From: Candidatus Sysuiplasma jiujiangense
Lineage (GTDB): Archaea > Thermoplasmatota > Thermoplasmata > Sysuiplasmatales > Sysuiplasmataceae
Assembly (NCBI GenBank): GCA_019721075.1
Contig: JAHEAD010000012.1
Coordinates: forward strand, 62,001 to 91,764
Length of the DNA stretch: 29,764 nucleotides
Direction: 5' to 3'
Part shown: positions 17,016 to 26,372 of the stretch, piece after piece
How positions within the stretch are numbered: the stretch's first letter is position 1
Layout of the letters: every line of letters starts with the position of its first letter
The notes under the pieces: model-generated
Told to the model about the DNA's origin: nothing
Databases searched by the model: none
What the model saw: the letters and a program-made list of their open reading frames with translations, nothing else
Program-made: the position numbers and the translations under genes

Positions 17016-18527
17016 TCAGAGCAGCGAAAGCAGTGCCCTTGCAGCACTGTTGCAGACAGCAATCACGGGACCCGGATATATGCCTATGAGCACGACAGCC
17101 ATCAGTGCTATCAGCAGGGATGCTGAACCCGGAATTCCAAGGGAGTACCTGGGTGGAGGCGATTCTGTGTCGCTGAACATGTTTCTTATCACCCTTACAT
17201 AATAGATCAGCGATACAGCGCTGTTCATTATTCCGAAAACTGCAAGCCAGATGACCCAAGAATAACCGGGTATTATGGATGCTCCCACAGCGCTTGAAAA
17301 TATCAGCAGCTTGCTGTCGAATCCGGCAAGAAGCGGGATACCCAGCAGCGAGAGAAGGTAGAACGTCATTGAAAAGGAGATGAGCTTGTTGTTCCTGAAG
17401 AGACCCCTGAAATCGTCAACGGCTACGCCGCCTACACTCGATGACATGAGCGCAACGATGGCGAATGCGCCTGCGGTCGCAATGGCATGGGTAAGAATCT
17501 GAAATATTCCTGAGGAGATGGAGAAGATCTGCAGACTGGAACCATAGATGCCCGGATCACCGTACGCGGCAGCAAAAACAGGCAGTGTTATGAGGATGTA
17601 GCCCGCCTGTCCTATGCTGGAATAAGCAAGCATTCTCTTGAAACTCTTCTGCTGGAGTGCAACAACATTCCCCACTGTCATTGTGAGGATGGCAAGTATG
17701 CCGAATATGGGAGCCCATTCGGCTCTGAAAGCAATAAGCGCGACAATGAATATCTTGAAAATTGCCGCCAGACCGGCCTTCTTCGTTCCTGACGAGAGCA
17801 GACTGGAGACCGGTGTGGGCGTTCCCTCGTAGACGTCCGGTGCCCACATGTGGAACGGTACAATCGCAACCTCGAATCCGAAGCCGGCAATTATCATGAC
17901 AAGCGCAATCATGGCGGTCGGAAAATACGGACTCTGCGAGGAAATGGACTGCAGGGAAGTAGCCAGCGCGGAAAGCTGGAGAGTGTGGGTTATGCCGTAG
18001 AGAAGGGAAATGCCATAAAGAGCGAGTGCCGCTGAAAGCGCACTGATGATGTAGAATTTCATAGCCGCTTCGATTCCAGTCCTGTCCTTCTTCCTGAACG
18101 CGGAGATGGATGCACTTGCGAGACCGGTGAGCGCAATGCCCACAAACAGGGTAATCAGGTCGGTCGCGGCGCTGATCACCATCATACCTGCCACTGAAAT
18201 CAGCAGCAGGCTGTAGTATTCACCCTGGTTTCTGTCAGACTGTATATAGCGAACCGAGGGGAGCATTGAAAGGAGTCCCACTGTAAGGAATATGAGCTGA
18301 AAGACGACGGCGAAATCGTCTTCCACCATGACATTGCCGAAATTCTGGTTGACAGGAATCACATCGAAGAGGATGAGGAAGAGCAGGAGGAATGTTGCAG
18401 CAATAGTGGCCAGGGACACACCCGCAACCGTCCTGTTGCTGACATAAAACGAAAGTGCTGCGGCAATTACTGCGCCTGCGACCATAACGATTAATGGAGA
18501 CATGCCTGATGCGAAGAACTGTATCAT
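17016..18527 (-). CDS. nuoN: Complex I-like subunit N (NuoN/FpoN)
   Basis: EAAMKFY, PFHMWAPDVYEGTPTP, KRMLAYSSIGQAGY; last gene of the operon; ATGA overlap with nuoM. Confidence 0.95.
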   Translation of the reverse strand: MIQFFASGMSPLIVMVAGAVIAAALSFYVSNRTVAGVSLATIAATFLLLFLILFDVIPVNQNFGNVMVEDDFAVVFQLIFLTVGLLSMLPSVRYIQSDRNQGEYYSLLLISVAGMMVISAATDLITLFVGIALTGLASASISAFRKKDRTGIEAAMKFYIISALSAALALYGISLLYGITHTLQLSALATSLQSISSQSPYFPTAMIALVMIIAGFGFEVAIVPFHMWAPDVYEGTPTPVSSLLSSGTKKAGLAAIFKIFIVALIAFRAEWAPIFGILAILTMTVGNVVALQQKSFKRMLAYSSIGQAGYILITLPVFAAAYGDPGIYGSSLQIFSISSGIFQILTHAIATAGAFAIVALMSSSVGGVAVDDFRGLFRNNKLISFSMTFYLLSLLGIPLLAGFDSKLLIFSSAVGASIIPGYSWVIWLAVFGIMNSAVSLIYYVRVIRNMFSDTESPPPRYSLGIPGSASLLIALMAVVLIGIYPGPVIAVCNSAARALLSLL

Positions 18528-20059
18528 TTCAGTGCACCTGCCATCATTGAGTAGTAATGAGCGACTGCAATGTTGATCGGATTGAACATGAACCACGGGA
18601 GTATTCCGAAGACAACAATAATCAGAAGCAGTACGGCCATCGGAAAGGACTCGAACCAGTTGCCGTCATGTATATCATTCATGGATATCTCCTTTGAATC
18701 CGGGCCGAATATCGTCTTCTGCATGGACCAGACATAGTATCCTGCCGTAAGCACCACAGTAAATATCGGTATGATGAGCAGCAGGCCGAAACTGAGATAT
18801 GTGACGTAGAATACGCTGAATTCCGCAGCAAACCCTATCATACCCGGCATTCCAAGCGACGCGAGGAAGCCTCCCATCATCAGGGTGGCTAGCGTCGGCA
18901 TTTTTCTTGCCAGACCGCCGAGTTTGCTCATATCTCTCGTTCCGGCATGATGCTGAATGACGCCTGCCGACATGAATAGCACTGCGGTGATGAGCCCGTG
19001 GGAGAACATCTGGAAATCAGCAACTGTTATACCCAGCGGATTAATCTGCCCGGTTTTTGGATTCAGCGTAAAAATTGCGGCTGCTATAGCAAGGAGAACA
19101 AGGCCCATATGACTTATGGATGAGTTTGCGATCATCCGCTTCAGATCCTTCTGCGCCATGCTGACCCATGCACCGTAGAGTATGCTTATCACTGCAAGGA
19201 CGACGATCAGATATTCGAAGTATTTTGCACCATAAGGCAGGGTGGGCACAGCGATACGTATCAGCCCGTACGAGCCCATCTTGAGCAGGAGGGATGCTAG
19301 CAGGACGCTTCCCCCCGTGGGCGCATCTGTATGCGCATCGGGAAGCCAAGTATGGAACGGGAAAACAGGCATCTTTACGATGAAACCGAAGAACAGGCCC
19401 AGAAACACTATTACCTGAAAATAGAGGGGGAAGAGAGGCGAGACCGCGGCAATCTTTGTAATTGAGAATGTAAACGGTTTTGCAGGGTAGAAGCTGTGAT
19501 ATTCAAAATAAAGAGCAAAGAAGGAGAGAAGCATTACAAGACTCGACGCGTGTGTATATATGAAGAATTTTGTGGCGCTGTATATCCGCTTCTGAGAGCC
19601 CCAGATCAGTATTATGAAATACATCGGGACGAGAACCACTTCCCAGAAGATGTAGAAGATGAAGTAATTGAGCGTTGTAAAGACACCCAGGACTCCAGTT
19701 TCGACCAGCAGAATCATGGAGAAATACTGATTTGACCTGTGCTCAACGTCCCAGGAGAACAGAACAACCAGGAAGGAGACAAGGAGAGTGAGAAAAACCA
19801 TCGGCAGTGCTATGCCATCCACTCCGACGGCGTAGCTTATCCTGAAATATGAGGTGCTAATCCACGTGTAATGCTCTGAGAACTGATACCCGGGATTGCC
19901 GTAATTGAATGACACGAGCATGTAAATGCCTAGAAGAAGAGGAATGAAACTGAATATTGCAGCGACTGCCCTGTTCTTCCGCAGATCTGCAGGCATTGCA
20001 AGCAGAAGTGCAAAACCCGCGGCCAGAAATATGAGCATCAGCGATATCAGGAACAACAA
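18524..20059 (-). CDS. nuoM: Complex I-like subunit M (NuoM/FpoM)
   Basis: GVDGI, FWEVVLVPMY, KMPVFPFHTWLPDAH, LLKMGSYG, SSISHMG; TTG start. Confidence 0.96.
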   Translation of the reverse strand: MLFLISLMLIFLAAGFALLLAMPADLRKNRAVAAIFSFIPLLLGIYMLVSFNYGNPGYQFSEHYTWISTSYFRISYAVGVDGIALPMVFLTLLVSFLVVLFSWDVEHRSNQYFSMILLVETGVLGVFTTLNYFIFYIFWEVVLVPMYFIILIWGSQKRIYSATKFFIYTHASSLVMLLSFFALYFEYHSFYPAKPFTFSITKIAAVSPLFPLYFQVIVFLGLFFGFIVKMPVFPFHTWLPDAHTDAPTGGSVLLASLLLKMGSYGLIRIAVPTLPYGAKYFEYLIVVLAVISILYGAWVSMAQKDLKRMIANSSISHMGLVLLAIAAAIFTLNPKTGQINPLGITVADFQMFSHGLITAVLFMSAGVIQHHAGTRDMSKLGGLARKMPTLATLMMGGFLASLGMPGMIGFAAEFSVFYVTYLSFGLLLIIPIFTVVLTAGYYVWSMQKTIFGPDSKEISMNDIHDGNWFESFPMAVLLLIIVVFGILPWFMFNPINIAVAHYYSMMAGALK

Positions 20060-20060
20060 A

Positions 20061-22067
20061 TCACACCCCCAGAATCGGGAACAGAATCAGCACTATCGCG
20101 AGCAATATCACTCCGAGTATGATTACATCGGCATAACTCTGGACAAAGCCGGTTTCACTCTTCCTCACCTTTTCCGAGGACCATACGAAGAACCTGCCTA
20201 TCCCGTTGACCAGGCCGTCTATTCCCTTCCTGTCAAAGAAGTCGAGGCCACGGGAAATTTGATACCCAATCCATTCGCCCATGCCATCGTAGAGTTGAGG
20301 AAAATAATACCTTTCAGAGAGAAGCGTGAATATTCTTTTTCCCGCAGGTCCTGAAACAAAGGCGTCAGCTGTTCTGCCTCTTCCCCAGTAGGAATATGCA
20401 ATTCCCAGACCGAGAAATGCCATGAAGAGGGAGAGGTAGGTCGCAGGCTCCCCGAAGATCCCGAAAACACCGTTGAACTGTGTATATGGACTTACAGCTG
20501 ACAGGGCGATCGGGTAATGCACTGCCTGGGCAAAACCGGCCACGCCGAAAACCGCCATTCCGATGACGAGTGTGAGAACAGCGAGTATGATCAGCGGAAC
20601 GGTCATCACGGGAGGAGACTCATGGACATGGACTTCCTGCGGATACCTTGCCTTTCCCCTGAAGGTATAGAACCACAGGCGGAAAATATACAGACCGGTG
20701 AAGAGGGCCGCAATCAGCCCGAACAGCCAGATCAGAATGAAAATCGAATTATAGGCGGAAGCACCCAGCGCAGCGCTGAGAACCGCATCCTTGCTGAAAA
20801 ATCCGCTGAAAGGCACGATGCCTGCGAGTGAAAGAGAGCCGAAGAGCATTGTCAGGGAGGTTATTCTCAGCTTCCCTGAAAGTCCGCCCATTTTGCGCAT
20901 ATCCTGTATTCCGTCAAGCGCATGCATTACGCTCCCGGCACAGAGGAAAAGCAGCGCCTTGAATATTGCCTGATTCATAAGGTGAAACACGCCTGCGCTG
21001 TAGCCTAGCGAGTAATAAGCGGACGCTCCGGGAGACGGAGAAACTGAAAGAACATATGCTCCCGCGCCGAGCGCCAGGAACATGTAGCCGAGCTGGCTTA
21101 TTGTTGAAAATGCGAGAACGCGCTTTATATCAAATGTCGCTATTGCCATCGTTGCAGCAAACAGTGCGGTGAAGCCGCCTATGAAAGCAACAAAGAGTGA
21201 ACTGACAGGCGACTGGCTGAACAGAGGATACATCCTCGCTACGAGATAGACACCCGCATTGACCATTGTAGCACCATGTATCATTGCGGAGACGGGCGTG
21301 GGACCCTCCATGGCATCGACAAGCCAGTCCTGCAGCGGGAACTGGGCGCTTTTGCCCATTGCTCCGCCGAAAAGTGCAAGCGTTGCAATAGTGAGCAGTC
21401 CCTGATTTTTCAGTGCCGTAATCGAACCCGGCTGGAAGAGCGTATCGAACATAACGGTATGATTTCCTGAACTGAGCAGCAGCACTATGCCGAACAGAAG
21501 AAACATGTCGCCGAATCTCGTGACAATAAATGCTTTCTTGGCAGCCCTTGCCGCAGACGGTCTTTCATACCAGAAACCTATGAGGAGATAGGAGCCAAGT
21601 CCCACGAGTTCCCAGAATATGTACATCTCGAGCAGATTGTTTGCCATGACAAGCCCGAGCATAACTCCAACAAACATCGAAATTATGCCGAAGAATCTCT
21701 TTCTCCTCGGTCCCTCCTCATGCATATAGCCGACGCTGTAGAGCACAATCAGGAAGCTGACAGAGGAAACGACGGCCATCATCACGACTGTGAGCCAGTC
21801 GACATAAATTCCAAGATAAACACCTGATGTTCTTGAGAATGTTATGTATTCGAACTGCTGCTGGAATGCAGCGGGATAGATTCCGGCACCGTTTCCGGTA
21901 AACTCGATAACAAATATGAGCAGTGAAATGGCGGCTGAAATCCCGACACCAAGAACCGCTATCCATTCGGCCAGCCGCGGACGTGAAACAGGCACAATGG
22001 AAATTACGGCGAATGCGATTATCGGGGAAAGGGTTACCAGCGATGCATACGGAAGAAGCGGATCCGT
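20061..22067 (-). CDS. nuoL: Complex I-like subunit L (NuoL/FpoL)
   Basis: WELVGLGSYLLIGFWY, GKSAQFPL, AMEGPTPVSA, STISQLGYM. The frame extends 24 codons upstream of the ORF-track GTG (21995) to ACG 22067, restoring a first TM helix. Confidence 0.95.
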   Translation of the reverse strand, partial: TDPLLPYASLVTLSPIIAFAVISIVPVSRPRLAEWIAVLGVGISAAISLLIFVIEFTGNGAGIYPAAFQQQFEYITFSRTSGVYLGIYVDWLTVVMMAVVSSVSFLIVLYSVGYMHEEGPRRKRFFGIISMFVGVMLGLVMANNLLEMYIFWELVGLGSYLLIGFWYERPSAARAAKKAFIVTRFGDMFLLFGIVLLLSSGNHTVMFDTLFQPGSITALKNQGLLTIATLALFGGAMGKSAQFPLQDWLVDAMEGPTPVSAMIHGATMVNAGVYLVARMYPLFSQSPVSSLFVAFIGGFTALFAATMAIATFDIKRVLAFSTISQLGYMFLALGAGAYVLSVSPSPGASAYYSLGYSAGVFHLMNQAIFKALLFLCAGSVMHALDGIQDMRKMGGLSGKLRITSLTMLFGSLSLAGIVPFSGFFSKDAVLSAALGASAYNSIFILIWLFGLIAALFTGLYIFRLWFYTFRGKARYPQEVHVHESPPVMTVPLIILAVLTLVIGMAVFGVAGFAQAVHYPIALSAVSPYTQFNGVFGIFGEPATYLSLFMAFLGLGIAYSYWGRGRTADAFVSGPAGKRIFTLLSERYYFPQLYDGMGEWIGYQISRGLDFFDRKGIDGLVNGIGRFFVWSSEKVRKSETGFVQSYADVIILGVILLAIVLILFPILGV

Positions 22068-22068
22068 T

Positions 22069-22383
22069 CTACCACCTCAGATCTGCGACTTCGTTCACTT
22101 CTATCGTGTCCCTCGATTTCCACAACACCAGCAGTATTGCCAGTCCGACTGCCACCTCGGCGGCCGCAACTGCAATCGAAATCAGTGCAAAGACCTGGCC
22201 ATCGGCTGCGAGAGCCTGGGTCGGCGCTGTGTTTGAAAATGCAACAAAGTTGATGTTTGCAGCATTTAGCATCAGTTCTATGGACAGCAGAACCATTATG
22301 GCGTTTCTCCTGAAGAGGACGCCAAACACTCCGACCACAAAGAGGAGTGAAGAGAACAGTATCACGTCCGCTATCGGTATCAG
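22069..22383 (-). CDS. nuoK: Complex I-like subunit K (NuoK/FpoK)
   Basis: RRNAIMVLLSIELMLNAAN and AVAAAEVAVGLAI; start placed at CTG 22383 (MIPIADVILF), ORF track GTG 22365. Confidence 0.95.
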   Translation of the reverse strand: MIPIADVILFSSLLFVVGVFGVLFRRNAIMVLLSIELMLNAANINFVAFSNTAPTQALAADGQVFALISIAVAAAEVAVGLAILLVLWKSRDTIEVNEVADLRW

Positions 22384-22385
22384 AA

Positions 22386-22616
22386 TTATTCCTCCTTTGC
22401 AAGATAGACGCCGCCAATCATGGAAGCGGCGAGAAGAACGGCTACTATCAGAAATGTTATGCCGTAACCACCCGGATTAAACATCTGGTAGGAGACTGCG
22501 GCAGTGCCGGAAACAGTCTGGCCCGCATATCCCCAGTTTGCAGGAACCAATGCAATCGAGAGGACTATAAACAGCAGAAAACTCAGGAGGATCGCGATTA
22601 TTTGATATCTTTCCAA
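22386..22616 (-). CDS. nuoJ: Complex I-like subunit J, C-terminal half (J2)
   Basis: YGITFLIVAVLLAASMIGGVYLAK resembles the last NuoJ helix; TTG start behind SD AAGGAGG. Confidence 0.85.
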   Translation of the reverse strand: MERYQIIAILLSFLLFIVLSIALVPANWGYAGQTVSGTAAVSYQMFNPGGYGITFLIVAVLLAASMIGGVYLAKEE

Positions 22617-22629
22617 ATAGATTCCTCCT

Positions 22630-22884
22630 TCAGCCGACAAGTATGTTGCGTCTCGTGAGCATTATTCCAAACAGTATGAGAACGACCACAGCACCGACGT
22701 AAATCAGTATCTGTATGATACCGACATAAAAGGCGCCCAGCAGGAAAAATATCAGAGAAACACCTATGAGGACGCCTGCAAAATAGAAGGCACTGTGTAC
22801 TATCTCCCTTGACAGCACCATAAGTAGCGAAAGAACTGCCGATGCGGCTGCCACCAGAATGAAAACAGCAGTGTCGATGTTCAT
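22630..22884 (-). CDS. nuoJ: Complex I-like subunit J, N-terminal half (J1)
   Basis: VHSAF and QILIYVGAVVVLILFGIML signature; SD GGAGGTGG. Confidence 0.92.
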   Translation of the reverse strand: MNIDTAVFILVAAASAVLSLLMVLSREIVHSAFYFAGVLIGVSLIFFLLGAFYVGIIQILIYVGAVVVLILFGIMLTRRNILVG

Positions 22885-23642
22885 ACCGCCACCTCCGCCC
22901 TGGATGCTTTTTCCGCGCTTCCTATCTGTACAACGGGATCGCTGGCAGTCGTACTCCTCGGTAGCATTTCCAGCGCGTCAAACGGGCAGGCATCCACGCA
23001 GAGAGCACAGCTAACGCAGAGTTCGTAGTTGAACATTGGAAGTTTCTTTTCCGGACCCAGTGTCCCGTTTGGCCTCTTCTTTGCTGTGCCCGGAATACTT
23101 ACCATGTCTATGACCTCATGTGGGCATGCCCTGTCACAGGCACCGCAGCCTGTACAGTTTATTTCATAGAGTTCGGGATAGGGAAATGGCTTCTGGTCCG
23201 GCGCTTCATCGGGCTTTATTGACCATTCATGCGGCTTGAATATCTTGTCATTCCTGTCCTGCGTTGCAGTTTCATATCTGTTTGTCATGTGCAGTGCGGT
23301 TGACGGGCAGACCTCGACACAGAGACCGCAGAACATGCACTGCGCCATGTCGAGCGCTGGCATCCACTTCTTCACACCCTGCTCTGTCTCGTCAAGCATC
23401 ATATCGAGGCATTTGTTAGGGCAGATCCTCGCGCAGTACTCGCAGCCAACGCACCTGTCCATTACAAGACCCAATTCCCCCCTGAAGTCGTCGGGGAGTT
23501 CCATCTTTTCTTCAGGATAGAGCAATGTGTTGGGCTTTCCTCCCGCCAGCGACGTACGTATAAGAGTTCTGAGCGATATCCACATCGGCTTGAAAGCATA
23601 GCCCATCAGTCCTACACGTTTCCTTTCAGTTGTTTGTGTCAT
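22881..23642 (-). CDS. nuoI: Complex I-like subunit I (NuoI/FpoI) with four [4Fe-4S] motifs
   Basis: TLLYPEEK...FRG followed by four CxxCxxCxxxCP motifs; lies between nuoH and nuoJ; ATG 23642 behind GGGTGG. Confidence 0.93.
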   Translation of the reverse strand: MTQTTERKRVGLMGYAFKPMWISLRTLIRTSLAGGKPNTLLYPEEKMELPDDFRGELGLVMDRCVGCEYCARICPNKCLDMMLDETEQGVKKWMPALDMAQCMFCGLCVEVCPSTALHMTNRYETATQDRNDKIFKPHEWSIKPDEAPDQKPFPYPELYEINCTGCGACDRACPHEVIDMVSIPGTAKKRPNGTLGPEKKLPMFNYELCVSCALCVDACPFDALEMLPRSTTASDPVVQIGSAEKASRAEVAV

Positions 23643-23643
23643 T

Positions 23644-24681
23644 TCAGAACCACCCGGCAGATTTGAACAGAACGGCAATCAGTATATTCAGGAGAGCAAG
23701 CGGAAGAAGACTCCTCCATCCTATGTTGAGCACCTGATCGATCCTGACCCTCGGGAGGGACCCCCTCAGCCATACGAACAGTGTGAATACTGCATACACC
23801 TTGATGTAAAACCATGCAACAGGGGGCAGGAAAGGCCCGCTCCAGCCACCCAGAAAGAGTATGACCATAATCGCAGCGCCGGCAAAGGATCTGACATAGG
23901 ATGTCAGCTGGATCAGTGCAAATTTAATGCCGGGGTACTCTGTCATCCATCCATGGACAAGTTCTGCTTCAGCGTCCGGCGTATCAAATGGTATTCGTTC
24001 TATCTCAGCGACCATGGATATGAGAAAAACAATGAATCCTATAATCAGCGGGATTATGAACCAGAGGTGACTCGACTGCTGACTCACAATTGTCATGAAG
24101 TTGAAGCTGCCTGCAAGAATGGCGACAGAAATGACAGTGATAAGCAATGGAACCTCGTAACTCATCATCTGTGCCGTTGAACGGAAGCCGCCGAGAAGTG
24201 AGTATTTGTTGTTGGAGGCCCATCCTGCAATGACAATTGCAAATGGCTCAATCGCAAAAATGGCGAAAGCGAGCAGCAGCCCGAGATCTGAATTGACAAA
24301 GAAGAAATCAGGCGCCTGCGGAATGACAGCAAATATCAGAAGAGAGGAGGCAACAATTATGACCAGTGTGCCGTTGTATCCCAGAGAGTCGGCGCTTTCA
24401 GGGAGTATCATCTCCTTGACTAGCAGCTTGAATGCGTCTGCAAAATTCTGGAAAAAACCGGCAGGGCCGACGACCATCGGTCCCCTTCGGTCCATGAATC
24501 TGCCAAGCTCCTTTCTCTCAACATATATCAGTATTATGACATTGACGAGCACGATGACTATCAGGACTACTGATGCGATCACCCACGTCAGACCGTAATT
24601 GAGGAATGCATCATTCTGCAGTCCCGCGAGGCCAAGCAGAAAGGTTGAAATCGCATGGGATATCGAGTAGAGGTAGTTCAG
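23644..24681 (-). CDS. nuoH: Complex I-like subunit H (NuoH/FpoH)
   Basis: ERK...RRGP, Q-x-FADAFKLLVKE, GWASNNKYSLLGG, PFDTPDAEAELVHG, LPRVRIDQ. Start placed at CTG 24681; the ORF track uses GTG 24702. Confidence 0.95.
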   Translation of the reverse strand: MNYLYSISHAISTFLLGLAGLQNDAFLNYGLTWVIASVVLIVIVLVNVIILIYVERKELGRFMDRRGPMVVGPAGFFQNFADAFKLLVKEMILPESADSLGYNGTLVIIVASSLLIFAVIPQAPDFFFVNSDLGLLLAFAIFAIEPFAIVIAGWASNNKYSLLGGFRSTAQMMSYEVPLLITVISVAILAGSFNFMTIVSQQSSHLWFIIPLIIGFIVFLISMVAEIERIPFDTPDAEAELVHGWMTEYPGIKFALIQLTSYVRSFAGAAIMVILFLGGWSGPFLPPVAWFYIKVYAVFTLFVWLRGSLPRVRIDQVLNIGWRSLLPLALLNILIAVLFKSAGWF

Positions 24682-24685
24682 TTTA

Positions 24686-25768
24686 TCACCTGTCCGATTC
24701 ACCGAGGCACATGTCCAGGCTTCCCATTATAGACGGGACGTCGGCTAGCTTGTACCCCTTGAGCATTGCAGGGGCGGCAGAAACAGTTACGAAAATCGGA
24801 CTCCTGATCTTCACCCTGTACGGCCTGTCCGTACCGTCACCCTGAACGTAGAAGAAGGCTTCCCCCCTGGGATCTTCGGTTCTGGCATATCCGTCCGCCT
24901 TCGGGATGTGCCTCGGAACCTTTCCAATCACAGGACCCGGAGGGATCGTTTTCAGGGCCTGCCGGATGATTTTGCAGCTTTCATACATCTCATTTATTCT
25001 TACACGATATCTGGCATAAACATCACACCCTTTCTCCACACAGATGTCAAAATCAAAATCAGGATAAGCCGAATACGGATCATGCTTCCTGATATCTATT
25101 GGAACGCCGCTGCCCCTCAAAGGCGGTCCTGTGACACCGAGGTTTATGGCATCAGAGGGGCTGAGATAACCAACCCCCTGCGCTCTCATTCTGAAAACTT
25201 CGCTTTCCTCAATCAGGTATTCGTACTCGCGCATGCGCTTCTCAAAGATGTCAAGTGTCCTGCTGCACTGCTGCGGGAAATTTACCGGCATGTCCTGTGA
25301 AACGCCGCCTATTCTCGGATAGTTGTGTGTAAGTCTGGCGCCGCAAAGTGCCTGAAGGAGATCCAGAAACATTTCCCTCTCACGCATCGCATACAGAAAA
25401 GCTGTCAGATTCCCGAGATCCGTCATGAACGATGCAAGCCATATCAGGTGGGATGCAATCCTCTGTATTTCCAGAGCAATTACCCTTATGTATTCAGCCC
25501 TCACGGGCACATCAATGCCGAGCATGTTTTCAACTGCTGAAACATAAACGTGGTCCCAGCTCATTGCTGCCACATAGCAGAGACGGTCGCATATGGGCAC
25601 AATCTGTGCGTATGTCCTGTTCTCGCACAGTTTCTCGAAACCCCTATGGAGATATCCGATCACCGGCTCCGAATCCACTATCGTTTCACCGTCGACCTTC
25701 ACCTTCAAGGTCCAGAGTCCGTGAGTAAAAGGATGCTGCGGTCCCATGTTTATCCACATTTCAGCCAT
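24686..25768 (-). CDS. nuoD: Complex I-like subunit D (NuoD/FpoD)
   Basis: NMGPQHPFTHG, GYLHRGFEK, DRLCY, C-terminal DMCLGESDR; no CxxC pairs for a NiFe site. Confidence 0.96.
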   Translation of the reverse strand: MAEMWINMGPQHPFTHGLWTLKVKVDGETIVDSEPVIGYLHRGFEKLCENRTYAQIVPICDRLCYVAAMSWDHVYVSAVENMLGIDVPVRAEYIRVIALEIQRIASHLIWLASFMTDLGNLTAFLYAMREREMFLDLLQALCGARLTHNYPRIGGVSQDMPVNFPQQCSRTLDIFEKRMREYEYLIEESEVFRMRAQGVGYLSPSDAINLGVTGPPLRGSGVPIDIRKHDPYSAYPDFDFDICVEKGCDVYARYRVRINEMYESCKIIRQALKTIPPGPVIGKVPRHIPKADGYARTEDPRGEAFFYVQGDGTDRPYRVKIRSPIFVTVSAAPAMLKGYKLADVPSIMGSLDMCLGESDR

Positions 25769-26363
25769 CGGCATCACCCATTTTTCGGGGGTCACTGGAA
25801 ACAAGCGGCTGCGGCGGAGGACGCTTCCCCTTGTTTTCCCAGTCGATCTTCCAGTGGTCTAGCAGTTTGAAATCCTTCCTGAACGGGAAAAAATCGGTTC
25901 CTTCAGGCGAAAGCACCCTCTCCAGTTTCGGATGATTGTTGAAAACTATTCCATACATATCATATGTTTCCCTTTCATGCCAGTTGGCTCCCCCCCACAG
26001 CAGGCTCAGCGAATCCACTGAAGGATCGTTTCTTGGAAGTTCGCATCGTATCTGGATGATACATCTGTTCCTGTAGGAGCTGATATGATAGAAGACCTCC
26101 CAGCTCCTGCGCAGGTCGTTGCCTCCCATGCATGTCAGATGATCAAAGTGAAGTTTTTCCTTCAGAAAAGTGCAAAATTCTAGCAGCTTCTCTCTTGGAA
26201 CCTTGTTGGCCTCAATCCTGCGATCTGTCTTTGCGTTCACAGCGATATCAGGAAAATGCGACTTCATCTCCGTAATGAGTTCCTGGACCGGCATGACATC
26301 ACTTATGCCGAGTTTCGAGTAATCTCTGTCCTCGCCGGATATGACAACTGTAGGTGTGGACAT
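25761..26363 (-). CDS. nuoC: Complex I-like subunit C (NuoC/FpoC)
   Basis: ANWHERETYDMYGIVFNNHP...FPFRKDF. Confidence 0.95.
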   Translation of the reverse strand: MSTPTVVISGEDRDYSKLGISDVMPVQELITEMKSHFPDIAVNAKTDRRIEANKVPREKLLEFCTFLKEKLHFDHLTCMGGNDLRRSWEVFYHISSYRNRCIIQIRCELPRNDPSVDSLSLLWGGANWHERETYDMYGIVFNNHPKLERVLSPEGTDFFPFRKDFKLLDHWKIDWENKGKRPPPQPLVSSDPRKMGDADG

Positions 26364-26372
26364 TTGCTTCCC

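Noticed and set aside
22386..22884. Split nuoJ as a frameshifted pseudogene
   Set aside because: Each half has its own SD, start and stop, and split J subunits are known in archaeal operons.
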